Origin: the human T2T-CHM13v2.0 reference genome, Homo sapiens
Assembly (NCBI RefSeq): GCF_009914755.1
Contig: NC_060926.1
Reading direction: 5' to 3' (one strand)
Length of the DNA: 64,000 nucleotides
Notes under the pieces: generated by a model
The model's input: the letters and a program-made list of their open reading frames with translations, nothing else
Databases searched by the model: none
What the model was told of the DNA's origin: nothing
Shown: piece by piece, positions 1 to 13,170 of the stretch
Layout: every line of letters starts with the position of its first letter
How positions within the stretch are numbered: position 1 is the stretch's first letter
Position numbers and translations under genes: made by a program

Positions 1-487
1 GCATGAAAATACCAAGTTTTGTGCAAAAATAATCAGCTTATTGTGCCCACCTTTATCACCAGGAAAGGAGAGCCCACAATCTCTTTTTGGAGACCTAAAA
101 ATCTAGGGTGGCTAACTCATTTTTATTGGACAGTGGCTTCAAGCTTCTCATTGTCATCCACTTAAGAGGTTTATTGTGAAGCTCATAGCATTTCTCCTGA
201 GCTAGTTAGAGTGGAGAGAGTGTTTGGAGGAAGAAAATTGTTTCTTAGGAAATTCCATGTTGTAAATAAATTATTTTTAAAAGACTATTTAATTTATTTA
301 TTTTGGCAAAATGCAATGTTAGTTCCAATGCTTGGAGATATTTGGGGATTCCTGCTTCATGGAAAAACAACAGGACCTCATGGAAGTCTTTTGCTTGTCG
401 GTTTGTTATTTTTCCTTAGATTCCTTTCTTTTTTTGGTATACATGAGCCAGTATTTGCTATGCATTCATCAAATATTGATGAATAGT

Positions 488-810
488 GTATTAATTAGGA
501 TTAGGTTCAGCTGCTAGTAACAGAAAAAAAATGGCAGTGGCTTAGAAAGAAAAATACATGCTTATCTTCTTTTGACATGAAATTCAGGGTGAATGAAGTC
601 CAGGGTTGTTATGGCTGCTCTGCTCCCTCATGATCTTTCATACTCACCACTTTACTACTCCTAGACTAGAATCCTCAGCCTCATACTATCCTGTGTCACT
701 GATGATGCAGGCTACAAGATACAATAAGGGTGATAAAGAAGAGAACAGAGGAAATTTTTTTTTCTTTGAGAGAGAGTGAGAGAGAAGGGTGGCCACCCTA
801 CACTGCTAGG
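488..810 (-). mobile_element. MLT1 (J/K-like) MaLR LTR fragment
   Basis: Begins TGTATTAATTAGGATTAGGTTCAGCTGCTAGTAACAG...CAGTGGCTTA, the reverse complement of the old MLT1 LTR 3' end; right boundary approximate. Confidence 0.6.
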
Positions 811-2104
811 ATGCTGTGAAATATAATTTTAATTCTGTGGAGTCCTGAATGAAGATTCTATTGCTATGGAAGAATGAGAGAATATATATTGTAGCATTAC
901 TAGCCTTCTCTTTTGCTGTCCATTTCCCTGATTGAGACATACAAACACAGCAGAGGGGATGTAGGGCAGTTCCACCTGTTGTTTCTTCAAGGGGTAGTTT
1001 GGAAAACATGGTAGAACTGCCAAACATAATGGAATTAGCTACATGAAGTGCAAAATAAGTTACGATTACATTTGTTCTATGAAACTGTAAAATTTCTAGA
1101 TGTCCTCAAGTAGAAAATACTGAGCCAAAGAAAACTGTGAGCTGTTCGGCATAGTTCAATTAATGAGTTTTATTTTACCAGGTTGGCATTCTGCGTACCT
1201 CACTTAAATATGTTTGTTTATGTCAGGACTTGTTATGATTCTATAGCTTTGGTCACAAATGTTATACTCTCTTTCAGTAGTTCTCTGTTTTGGCCATGGT
1301 AATTTGTGGTTTTATTTGTGGCACCTGAGGTTATTTGAAAATCATATCAACAAATTTTGTTTGTTTCTCTCTTGTAATTTCTTGGTGCCTATGTCTCTTC
1401 CTCTCAGTCTTTATCTACAGCTTGTGATCCAGTCTGTTCCATGACTAGTTTACAATTTTTTTGTTTCATTTTGGCTAAACTGGACAAAAGTAATCTGTGG
1501 TGTCCCTTGGTCAGGAGAAACAGCAACAGGACGATCAGGACCGTGGACAGCGACACTCAAATTCCAGGCTCTAACTCCACACTTCTACAAAAGCTTTGTT
1601 TCTGTGTTTGAATGTCCTAACCCTGAGGCAGCAGAGATTCAGGTGAGAGAGTCTGGAAGGGGACAGCACTAGGGGAAAAAGTGAGGAGTGGCTTCCTATA
1701 TAGCTCCCTACCCACTTCCTTCTGTGCTCCTTCACCCTCATCCCCACCTCACCAAGCAGAGAAGTTTCTCTCCTGAACTCCCCAACCTCTAATTAATTTC
1801 CAACATCTACCTCTATTACCAAACTTTGGGAAGTATGATAAACTTAAGGTGGTTTCTCATAATTTACTCGGATGAAATTTATTAAACATTTGGGCATCTT
1901 ACTGGTTTTAGTTTGTTTTCAATTCAAGTGAATGAATGAAGCACAATTCAAATTATTTGATATATTGCCAAGATTAAGAGGAATTCCTGGAACCCTGCGT
2001 TACTAACTCTTGTTTGTTGTTGCTCACCTCAAGTGCAACTTGTTCTAATGATTCTGATTCATTCCTTCCACTCCACACTCATTCTTTACATAGTGACACT
2101 ATAG

Positions 2105-2265
2105 ACCAAATCCTTATTTTGTAGATAATTAATTTAAAGCCCAGAAAAATTATATAATAAGCTCAGCTGCAAGGAAGATTCATTCAGGTGCCTTGAGCCT
2201 GAGCCCAGTTTTTCACTGGCAGATTTGAGCATGAATTTCTTGTTTTCTGACCCTAGACCCACCAC
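2105..2265 (-). mobile_element. MIR fragment containing a 33-bp insert
   Basis: CCTTATTTTGTAGATAATT...AAGCCCAGAAAA and TGGCAGA...TCTGACCCTAGACCC resemble the antisense MIR core. Confidence 0.45.
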
Positions 2266-3684
2266 CAATCTGATCTACTCTAACACATCACTTCTTTGAG
2301 ACATGAACATTAATCAGGTACAAGATGGCTATAAAACATAGTTTATGGTCACCTTGAAAAATTATCTAGCTCAACTACCTCACAGACAGATTTTTCAACC
2401 ACATCGTAGCTTTTTCATTATTATCTATTACCTCTCACTCTTCCATTTTGCACATCTTCCTTTGAAAATAGAACTTTTGAGTGTCACATGCTGTCTATTC
2501 TGAATGAGCGACCTATTCTATATGTTTGGACTTAGCAGCTGGATTCTGATGAACTATGAACCGAATGCATCCCTTGTCTGGAAGCTCTCATTCAGGTGCC
2601 TTGGGCCTGAGCCCAGTTTTCCAGAGCCCCTTCCTTGGGCTCTCTTATTAGATGCATGCCTTGGCTAATGGTGATTAGTACCAATGTGTGACTGTGTGTG
2701 CTCACATCTACTCTAAAGCTGACCTAACAGAGACTTTTTGTAAATTTTCCAATTTGGAAAACTCCCAAATGGAAGACTGACAGAACTCTGGGGTAGGCAT
2801 GATTTAAAAAAATAAAATCCAAGGAAATTCAAAACACAACATAGTCATTTCACTCTTAAAAAAAAAAAAAATCAGTGCAGTGTCCTAGCATGTGTGGTTG
2901 TTTTCCTAATTGATCCTCATTTTTGCTGTTTTTTTTTTTCTCTCTCACTCAGGGCCATATCTAACCACATCCACCCAGACTTCATAAGAATGCTGAGTTG
3001 TCATGCAAGAGTTTTACCTCACACTGGGGAGATATTAGTTGATAAGATCCACCTTGTTCAGATTTATTGCTTTAGCATATTTCATGCTAAAAATATTTTT
3101 TCTACCATCTGCTAAGATTAGCACTCTAGTGGTATAATAAATTTACTCACCCTGTTTCTGTGATATACTTTGGAACCAACTTTATACTTTATTCAGCCTA
3201 ATTGAAAATAGGATAAGATAAATGATGCACTTTGAGTTTCTCTCTCAGACATACCATTGTTCATTACTTCAACAGAAGATGAGCACATCTGATGGTAATT
3301 TTAGTGGTTCAGTAAAATAAAAGTTCCCATGGCAAAAATACAGTATTAGCCATTGTCATCATCCAGTAGAGTCTTGTAAAAAATATTTAATATTGTTGTG
3401 CCCTCAAATGAAATATTGTTTTTCATTTAAATACAAAGCTGCTGGCCATCTTTTCAAAACATGCTATGAAAAGAAATATATTTCAGTGGAAATATGGGAC
3501 TTGGTATTCATTTACATCTGAGGCTTAAACTGAAGGCCAAATTTAGAATTTGATATATTCTTGGCTTATTGGGAAATTTGGATTTCCTTCTCTTATTCAG
3601 TCTTCTTAGGCTTGAGTTGTTTAGACCATATTGAAAGAGAAGAAAGAATATGTTAGGTGCTTTTTATGTTAGATTGTTATCGAT

Positions 3685-4162
3685 CCATACCCTTGTGTAG
3701 TTTCCTCTAACTTTGATCCTGGGCTTAAACATGAGACTTGTGTTGGCCCAGAAGACCAGTAAATGTGATGCAAGCAGAGGCTTTAAAAATATTTGCAGAT
3801 TGGGACTTGGAGCAACATTGCCATGTAAAGAAGTACGGTCTGCTGGAAACAGGTGGCCCAGCTGACAGATAGCACCAAGTGCTAGACATGTGAATGAGGC
3901 CACCTTAGATTACCCAGTCCTTGTTGAGCCACCAGATAACTATAGCTGCATGAGTGACCCCTGGTAAACTAGCAGAATTCTATAGCTAAGCTCAAGCCAA
4001 ATAGTTGACCCACAAAATAATAAGTAAGTAAACTTTTTATTGACTTATGACTTTAAATTTTTTAAAAAATTAAAATTGTGATAAAATGCACATCAAATTG
4101 TCTTAAATATAATTCACAAATGTCCAGGGTTGTTTGTTATGCAGTAATAAATAACTGATGGA
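3685..4162 (+). mobile_element. MLT1G/H-like MaLR LTR
   Basis: AAATGTGATGCAAGCAGAGGCTT, GCTAGACATGTGAATGAGGCCA, GCTGCATGAGTGACCC and terminal GTTTGTTATGCAGTAATAAATAACTGAT match the MLT1 LTR architecture. Confidence 0.75.
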
Positions 4163-4357
4163 ATACATAAACCCATTCTCTACTGCCAACAGATAACTTT
4201 GTGATTAGGATCGAGGATAATGGAGACACTAAAGCCTAGATGAGGTTGTAGTTATGGCTGGATGGACGTTGCTAAGGAGACAGAAATGTACTGGAAGACC
4301 AGGAGAAGAAAAAAAATGGGAACAAAAAGTATTGATTATTACTATTTATAAGCATTA

Positions 4358-4495
4358 TGTGCCTCAGTTTCTTCATCTGTAAAAAGAGGATGATAAGAGC
4401 ACCTATCTAATGAGGATTGAATAATTCACATAAATCACCCAAACAGGTTTGGTGCTTGGCACAGAGAAATCATGCAATAAGTATAAGCTGTTACC
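4358..4495 (+). mobile_element. MIR SINE 3' part
   Basis: GTGCCTCAGTTTCTTCATCTGTAAAA core and TGCTTGGCACAGAG...CAATAAGT tail. Confidence 0.8.
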
Positions 4496-5081
4496 ATCCT
4501 GGGTAAATACACTGTTAGCATATGCTTGATCAAGTTGGAGAAAAGTCTCCTTGCAGCCAAGATATTAGTGGCCCATGAAGTGAAGACACAATGAACAAGA
4601 GTGATTAGACTTTGTGATTTTGGATTGGTTCACAGGTAATGAGCACGTCATGGCCCACCTGCAGAGAACTGCTTTCAGATTGGCCACTAGACCTTTTCCA
4701 AAGTCCTCTGTAAGAAGGTTAGTTTTAAATCAAGTTAACAATGCACTAGAATAAGGTTTTCAAAAGAAACAATTTACTCTTCAAATTACCAATGTGAACT
4801 ATCTCTATACCTTCAGACACCAGAAAAGAAAACTAATAACACATATTGTAGCAGGAAAAAAATCTTTTTATCCAGTCCTATTTCTGATGCTCAACCATTT
4901 CCTCAATGTAGAAATAACTATCAAAAACTATCAAAAAAATAATATGTTATGCAAAATTATCGAAAATAAATAAAATGTAGGTTTTTAAACTTTCTCATCT
5001 TAACTGTGACAGTCTGGTGACAAGGAGATGGCAGGAGTCTGTATTTGAGGATGGGTCTCTGAGCATAAGCATATTCAGCAT

Positions 5082-5190
5082 TTCCTTCCTTCCTTCCTTC
5101 CTTCCTTCCTTTCTTCCTTCCTTCCTTCCTTCCTTCCTTTCTTCCTTCCTTCCTTCCTTCCTCTCTTTGTCTCTTTCATTCCTTCCTTCC
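5082..5190 (+). repeat. (TTCC)n microsatellite, polypyrimidine tract
   Basis: Directly visible TTCC array with a few interruptions. Confidence 0.95.
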
Positions 5191-5414
5191 ACTTCCTTTT
5201 TTCTTCTTTCTTGTGGGTATTAATGACTAGGAGAGAAGAGGGGTATATGTTTATTAGAATGTTATCATCTGCTGTACCGTTTCTGACTTTATCAGTCATT
5301 AAAAAGTGAAAGCACCACCTTTAGCCTTTCTATAGCCTCCGCTTTATTATATCTTCAATTTGGGAAACCTTTGTAGGAGCCAGATAGAAGACCAAATACT
5401 GCTTATTTGTAAAA

Positions 5415-5663
5415 GCAGCACATCACGGTGATCAAGAGACTGGCCGTAAGGTCTAAAAAGGCTGTGTTCAAATCCACACAAAATACTTTCTAGGACTCTG
5501 ACACCAGGCAGGCTAATTAGTTTCTTTGAGGCTCAGTCCCTATCTGTTAAATAAGGTTAATAATTCTCACCTCAAAAGGTAGTTGAGATGATTAAATGAT
5601 CTTTATATGCAGTATGAATGGCACATAAATAGTGCTCAAAAAACACTGAGGATATTTATCATT
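5415..5663 (+). mobile_element. MIR SINE, near full length
   Basis: GTTCAAATCC box B-like motif, GAGGCTCAGT...TCTGTTAAAT core, GATTAAATGA, TGGCACATAAATAGTGCTCAA. Confidence 0.75.
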
Positions 5664-5944
5664 TTCTGTAATAGAACATGCTGGGCTATGTCATGAAATT
5701 TTATTCAGCCACCCACTCTGTCCACCTACTCTACATTACTTATGACAAACTGGTGTAGCACAGCTGACCAGGGATAAGGTTAAAACCATGTCCATGCATC
5801 AGCACAGACTTCACTCCCTGCTAACTTCAAACTTAGGCCCCAGATGCTATCACTTTAACATCTGGGTCTCACTGATCAACAGGCTATATCTATGCTTTTG
5901 ACCTTTAGCTGGTTTTTCAAATGAAAAGCAGCAGAAGCAACATT

Positions 5945-6460
5945 TAGAATCATCATGACATGTTATAGTTTGAGAAGACACTAGAGATGATTAGCCCAAT
6001 CATCTCTAGTTCTTTCTTCAAACATGTATTATCCAATAGGGTAGCCACTAATCACATGTGGATACTAAGCACTTGGAATATGACTAATCTGAATTGAAAT
6101 GTGCCATAAGTGTAAAATATACACCAGATTTTGAAGTCTTGGTATGAAAAATAAATATAAAATATTAAATAATAATTTTGTATTAATTACATGTCAAAAT
6201 GATAACATTTTGGATATGTTAGATTAAATAAGGTATTAAAATTAATTTTGCTTTCAATTTTTTTAATGTGTCTACTAGAAAATTTAAAATTACATATGGA
6301 TTCACATTTGCATCTCACATTGTGTTTTTATTGGGCAGCACTGTTTCAAACAAAACAAATTAGGCATGGAAATGTGAAGTGACTTGCCCAAGATAGCTCA
6401 GCTTTCATCAGCAGAACACAGATGTGATTCCAGATCCCTTTGCTAACAGCGTTTCTCTCA
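5945..6460 (-). mobile_element. MIR3/MIRc fragment split by MER33
   Basis: AGAATCAT...AGAAGACACTAGAGATGAT on the left and GTGAAGTGACTTGCCCAAGAT on the right of the MER33. Confidence 0.55.
6024..6343 (-). mobile_element. MER33 (hAT-Charlie MITE), full length
   Basis: TCCAATAGGGTAGCCACTAATCACATGTGG...CTACTAGAAAATTTAAAATTACATATG...TTGGGCAGCACTG; 8-bp TSD CTTCAAAC (6016-6023) / TTTCAAAC (6344-6351). Confidence 0.9.
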
Positions 6461-7377
6461 ACATGCAACCTTCTCCTGCTAAATATTTTTTTTTTTGAGA
6501 CTGTAGAGTTGGGTCCCTGAAAACTGAAGTTTCTTTGGAAAACACTGCCAGCACCTCCTCTGTGACCAGCTGTGCTTTTTTTTCTTTTTCTTTTTTTTAT
6601 TGCACTGCCTTGGAGACTGTGCTGCTGTTATCCATTTCTTGCGTCAGTTACAGAAATTGGTATTGTATCTAAAACAATTGCTGTTATTAACAGGTTAAGC
6701 TGCTGGGATGTTAAAATAAAGGCTGCCCAGCTTTAGTGCATTTTGTTGTAATCATCTCCCAGATGCCTTGTCGGAAATCAATTCAAGTTCAAAACTGGCT
6801 GGAATTGGGAGGTCAAGGCTTTGGCAGACTAAATATTTTATCTTCTGCTCATGTCTGGAGCTTTTAAAGATGTGGACTGGGGGCTGTTTTCTCATACCCC
6901 ATCTGGACAAAGATGATTGGCTTTGCCATTTTGCCCAGGTTAGGACAAGGTTAAAATCAGTTATAATCAATTATTAAGAGTCTTCTGTGGCTGCATTGCT
7001 TAAAAGGGGATTTTAAAAGTTTCTCAGTTCTGAAACATGCATATCTTAGTTGCTACTGGAGATGTTGTTATTCTAGAATGTCAAATATAGATGTTATCAG
7101 CATCAAGAATAAATACGAAGAATTTCTACTTCCTATTTCCTTGATAACTATGTTTCAGGATAATGAGAAAAGCCTAGAAAGACTGAGATAATCATCATTC
7201 CTGCACCAAGTTGAAAAATTTTGTTACCTTCTTATATGTGTTAGACTATTGTAGCTATTTATTATTTGGTTACATTGTCAAATGATTTCTTAGGAATTTA
7301 CTGAGATGCTCTCTGCAGTTATGTGATCATTTGCTGTGTAAATGCACATGTAACTCCTCAATCTAAGGTAGGTTCAA

Positions 7378-7525
7378 AGAATCATAGATTTGTAATTGCA
7401 TAGTAATTTTGAGACAAGCTAGATACAGCCCTACATTTTATGATAAGGAAACTGAGGCTTGGATAATTTAAATGACTTCCCCTAATTCTTAAAGCTATCC
7501 AAAGGGAGAATTGTATCTCTTAGTT
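7378..7525 (-). mobile_element. MIR/MIR3 fragment
   Basis: AGAATCATAGA...CATTTTATGATAAGGAAACTGAGGCT...AATGACTT. Confidence 0.7.
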
Positions 7526-8274
7526 CCTAAAAGCATGTGTGGTCCCTAAACATTCAAAGGAATATTTTCATTTTATACAATATTTTCATACACTTATGAT
7601 TTTCTTCACAATGATTTGAGAAAAAAAAGTATTCATACAAAATGAATATCATTCTGAACCTTAGACCAAGACATGAACTCAATAAACAGAATATAATTTT
7701 AAAGTGTTCTCAAAAGGTCACTTAGCTTTATCCTTCATCTCATTTCCCATGAATGGAAATCCCTTGTATTTTCAGGTTTAATACAGACCCAGTAGCTGAG
7801 GGTTCAAAATGCTGCCAGAAAAAACATTCCATTTTATTTACAGTCTGTTTAGAAGGAAAACTCCAGCAAATATACCATAATTTCTCTGTAGACATGTTCA
7901 GTACCAGTTATTGAATGGTGAGTGTGGACTATGTTCTTTGCTGGTATAGGAGGAGCCTGGCATTAACAAACACTGACATATTTTCATAGCAAGTTCCTCA
8001 TCCTTGTAATATACTGAAAAACAACAAAACAAAAACTTGCTATTTCTAATTTGAGGGAAAAAACCTCATGGATTTATTGGGGGGCATACGATTGAATTTT
8101 AACACTTGCTCATCTCTCCATCAGCAAAATAAAGTCCCTTGTATTGCTTGCTTACTTTCCTCCAGCTCATGTTGGCAATAGAACTGAAGTATAATACATG
8201 TAAAGCATTTGAAGAAACTAAAATTAGAAGGTCACAGGTAGGGCCGTAGGAATCATACTCGTGTAGAAATCAAT

Positions 8275-8535
8275 GCAACACTACATAGTGGTGGTGAGAA
8301 CACAGCTTGGGCCCAGACAGACCTGGTTTTGTGTCTGATTCCATCCTCACTGGCTGTTTGGCCATAGACTGGTTACTTACCTTCTTTAGCTTCAAATTCT
8401 TCCTGTGAAAAATGGGGGTTTCAATTATGCTTACCTCATGGAGTTGTGTGAAGATTAAATGAGAAACTACCTGAAAAAGACTTATAAAGCTTGGTGTACA
8501 GTCAGCTTTCAATATATCTAAACTATAATGATGAC
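8275..8535 (+). mobile_element. MIR SINE
   Basis: CCAGACAGACCTGG, CTGTGAAAAATGGGG, ACCTCATGGAGTTGTGTGAAGATTAAATGAGA. Confidence 0.85.
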
Positions 8536-8964
8536 AAATTATCACCGCTTATAATGGTAGCCTCAGTAGCAGCAGCCACAGTGGTAATATGTATATTCCT
8601 ATTTCTAACATTGTATTATTTTCTTTGGGATCCATATGTACACATACAGGATAGAATTGCTTCAATGTCTGTTCAGATCAAAAGTTCTGGGTGAATTTTT
8701 TCACCTTGGTTTATTTCACAGCAACACAATTCATATGACTGAACCCTTCAAACCTTTCTCTGCTGAAAGAATGCGTTGTTCATTTGGATCATTGGTTCGA
8801 TTCTAAGAACAGTTTATTCACTGCATGTGCACAGAAAACCCAATTCTGATATTCCAAGTGCTAATTAATTGGTAGAAATTTTTACTCTTTCTTTCTGCAT
8901 TCAATCTAAGTTTGTAGCACATTGTATTAGAACAAGCTTTTAAAACCTTTGAAGCCCGCCCCGT

Positions 8965-9220
8965 GGGCAGCATGATGCCATGGTTAAAGGATATGTCAGG
9001 GTTACAGAGTAAGACGGACTAGGGAGTTTTGTCACTTACTGGCTGATCCTTAGCAACGTCCACTCACCGAACTGAGCCTCTGGTTCTTCATCTGTAAAGC
9101 AGAGAGGATAATACTTACTTCCTAATATCATTTTGGGTGTCAAAATTAATACAATGCAAGTAAAATTCTTAGCACAATGCCTGAGACATGACATGTTCTT
9201 CTTAAGTGGCAACTACTATT
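8965..9220 (+). mobile_element. MIR SINE
   Basis: GGCAGCATG...TGGTTAA head, CTGAGCCTC..TTCTTCATCTGTAAA core, CTTAGCACAATGCCTG tail. Confidence 0.85.
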
Positions 9221-9301
9221 TAAATTTTTACGTTCTATATTTATACAAGTCATAAAATGTGGTATTTATTTCAGGGCAGTGAATAAACATTCAGATTATA
9301 T

Positions 9302-9400
9302 CCATTCATTCATAATGTCAGTCCACAAATGCTGATTGATTGATAACTTATCTGTAGCAGATACTGTGCTACAGCTGCAGGAAAATGGTGAGCAATAGAA
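9302..9400 (-). mobile_element. L2 3' end fragment
   Basis: CATTCATTCA tail followed by ...ATACTGTGCTA.AGCTG, the antisense L2 terminus. Confidence 0.55.
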
Positions 9401-11391
9401 ACGTTCTTAGAAAAGAAATAGTACAGCTCTGGGGGAGCGTGGCGAGAGAGAAAAACTAAACGAGTAATTTCAGTAAATTAATTATAGCATCATTGCTTAT
9501 TAATTCCCATTGGACTTGGTAGCTACTTTGGCTTGTCTCACTGTAGCTAACAGCTCAGATCAGGCTCTGGAATCTCTGGATTTCAGGTACACATACTTTG
9601 CTTCCAAGTTATGCAGACCTTTGCCCTTTGTTTACATAGCTCCTTCATCCAAACATCTCAAGCACTTAAAATTGGCCCAGTAACTACCTAACTTACAAGG
9701 GAAACTAAAAATGTACTCTACCTGTTAGAGTGTTGACATAGTGGCAGATAAAGAAGCTCGAGAAAACTACCCTGTGTTTTCAAAGGTACCCAGTGATGTC
9801 CTGTCCTCTATTTTCCCTTGCCTGGGTATAGTTTCTTCTTAATTGGTTTTGCATCTGATAAGATGAACATTGAACATTTGCAGTATGTTTGTCGTCTGTT
9901 GCCAATTACAAGCTACTGATCTTCAGCAGGGCCTGCCATCTTTGCATTCAGCACAGCCTTCCCCCATTCTATTTGGATCTACTGGCTTAGTACCAGATAT
10001 GGAAGCGTATGAAAAAGTAAAGGAGAATAAATAATCCTGTGTAGTTTTCTTGGAGCAAAAATGTTTCGGAGGAATGAGTACCCCAGAGGTCCCCTATTTC
10101 CTTTACCTTTGTGAAAGGAACACCCTATGCTTTAAATAATGATTCATGCAGTATGCACCACATCCAAAGAGTAAACGCAGAGATGAAAGCTTCTATTTAT
10201 TCTGTACAGTGAAAATAGAAATCTGGAAACAGCATCTGCTTCTCATTTAAATGTATTTTTTTCTAATTATTTAGATGTATAGAGGCATCAAGCCAGGTTT
10301 CAATCAACAAGAAAGGTCTTGTGCTATCTAAACAAAATCTTATGCCTGAAGCCACTGGTCATAACACTTAAAATGGCTTAAAGACCTCAACAGGGCTTTT
10401 TATGCAAAGTAGTTGTATAGCATGGGTCATGAACAAATATGTTATTTTTGCTTAAAATGTAATCTGAATGTATGGAGAAATATTGCTAGAAATATATTTC
10501 CTGATCCCTAAAAATAGCAGGTAATTAACCTTGGCTCAGAGTCACCTTACCTTTTGAAGAATAAATCCTGGAATCATGACTTTTGTGTCTTGTTTTTAGT
10601 GGAGAAGAAAAAAGACTAGAGCTATGGATGATTTGATTATATGGATTAGTTATTAGGAGCATTTAAAAGAATGCAATTTTTCAAATATCAACTTATATAA
10701 TTATGGCTCCCCCAATTCCACGACTCATAAAATAGGAGATTCATATAAAGAAACTCTGGTTTTCAGAAACTCTGAAACTATTCACAATTACCCATAGGTG
10801 AATAAATATACCATAAAATTTAGAAGAAAAAGGAATCAGACATTTTGACGAAAAGGGTCCTGAGAACCAACAAGCCTTTTTAACATCTGGATGTGGGAGC
10901 CCAGCCCGTGTGGTAGACCTGCAACTTCCAGAGAGGTTTGCTCTGCACAGATGATCCCACAGTAACGATGAAGATAGAAGCAAAGGAGTGTTTGAATGAG
11001 GACAAGAGACGGCTGGCCCAAATTGGTTTAGAAATGGTATTTGCAAGGCACTGTTAGAAAATGAAGCTACCCCTTCATTTTGGGTTAACCCCTTCTGTTT
11101 ACCCCTTCCCTCCATGAAGACAAGGCTTTTAGTATTTTTTTTTTTACTTTTTTTTTTCTATTCTTAGGTACACTTAGAACTGTTTCTATGTACAGTTCTA
11201 AGCTCAGATTGACTTAAGAGAAGTTGATCTCCTGTCCCCTAATTATTCTCCATGTCAACTTCTGGCTGATTAGAACTAGAGGCTGAAAGGATGTTGATTT
11301 GGGGGAAAACTGTATTTTCTGTTATTTTTCAGATAATTTTTAGTCTGCTCTGTAGATGTAAATTGAAAATATTTTTTTTTCCTTTTTAAAC

Positions 11392-11419
11392 TTTCTCTCT
11401 CTTTCTCTCTCTCTCTCTC
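11392..11419 (+). repeat. (CT)n microsatellite
   Basis: Visible TC run. Confidence 0.85.
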
Positions 11420-11909
11420 CGGCTTGCCTACCATACCTATTTTAGTCTTATTTTACTAGCTCTCCAACCTACTGCACTCATGACCTTCTCTGATATATGA
11501 TAATTGAATTTAGGGCAAGAGTTTACATTTTTATATACTTTTTTTATGATTTATAACCTGCCTAATTTCGAAAAGGATTTGAGGCAGCAAGAGTAAATGG
11601 CACTGGGAGTTACATGGATATTTTTACCCTGCATTTGGCCCATTTTCTTTTAGGCTGCATACATTTCCATAACTCTGAACAAGGATCATGTTTGGATGAC
11701 CTTTTGTCCAGGGTAGAATTCACAGATTTGCAGTAGGTAGGAAATGAATACCTCAGTATTTACAAAATCACCAGAGGCACATTTGAATGAATTAAATATT
11801 TCTACTATTCCAGTTTTGGTAATGGTACTAATTATATTGTTTGGTACTTAAGAAATGTTTCCTCTTCTGGAGGGGAAAGAGGTGGGGAAGATTTAAAGTA
11901 CCTCTTGGA

Positions 11910-12072
11910 TTGCTGTGTGACTTTGGGAAAATCACTGATTACTCTGAGTTCACCATTCCATGTCTGTTAAATGGGGATAATAAACCAACAGCATGTTTAT
12001 TATGAGGTCATTGTGAGGATCAAATGAGATAATGTACCTGTAAAAGCTTAGAAAACAATAAGTCACTATGTA
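11910..12072 (+). mobile_element. MIR (b/c) SINE
   Basis: GCTGTGTGACTTTGGGAAAATCAC, TCTGTTAAATGGGGATAATAA, TTGTGAGGATCAAATGAGATAATG. Confidence 0.85.
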
Positions 12073-12999
12073 TTATGCAGTCAGTGTGGGCGAATGCTTT
12101 ATTTACTTCCGTCTCAGCCTCATACAGTGAGCCTTATACAGTGAGAGAGACCAGGCCCTAGCTCTTCCGGATGCTCTAGGAAAAGTGCTTCATTGTGTTT
12201 GGGCTTTATTTATTGAATGCATTTGAATGAGTGATCATTCTAAGAGCAGAAAGTCATTCAATTTGATTTCACAATAGGGTGATGGGTGAGCCTGGAAACT
12301 ACATTCTCAAATGCATTATCCCCAAACACAGGAAACAAAACCACTTTTTAAAAGTGACTCGTCTTTAATATCTCATAGCAGTTTTGAAATACTTCATTCA
12401 TTCATTTTTATAGCAAACTCTTAATTGAGAATGTCATTAACCACTTTGCAGAGAGAGGCAATCATGACCTGAAAAATTAAGTGGAGTGATTTACAAATAG
12501 GCTTTTGTTTCGCTAGGTTTTTGCTTATTCAGGACTTGCCTTTAGATTATTTTAGCAACATATGCTCCCCTTTCCCCACCCCATTGGCAGTATGTATTTT
12601 GGGTGTCTGATACATACTGAAAATGAAGAACAGTTTTCGTATGTTGCTTTTTCCTGGTCCACATTGGAGAGTCCTTCTGACCCTTTTATTCTCAAAATCA
12701 AACACTATCATTTTCCTTCTTCAGAACATTTTATCTTCTCACCTTACTGTGTGTCAAAATTTCTTCCCATGTGGGCCAGACAAGTATGTTATGAATGAAT
12801 GAACATTGGGTCCACTTCCAGCTTTTCTCTGTGAAACCAACTTTGACTGAAGTCCACAGTGAATTTCCTCTCTTAATTTCCTTACAATTCATAGTCTCAA
12901 TAATTTAGCCCTTTAAAAAATATATTCCCTTTCCCTTCTTTTAAAAATATTTTGTCCCTTCTCCTCCCTGCCCTGACTGTATTAGAAGCTATCTGCAGA

Positions 13000-13170
13000 G
13001 GGCTGACTTCTAAGTCAGATAAACTAGAATGAAAGTACTGCCATTTACTAGTTGTGGCATCTGAGGCACCTGGGGATGATAATAATAATAATTACTTTAT
13101 AGGGTTGTTGAAGGGGGTAAAAGAGGTAGGTTATATGAAGCATAAAACATATTATATGGGCTCATTAAAT
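13000..13170 (+). mobile_element. MIR fragment, internally deleted
   Basis: CTGCCATTTACTAGTTGTG...TGGGGATGATAATAAT...TATAGGGTTGTTG. Confidence 0.55.

Noticed and set aside
4995-5299. ORFs with KEGRKEGR / LPSFLPSF repeats
   Set aside because: Translations of the (TTCC)n microsatellite.
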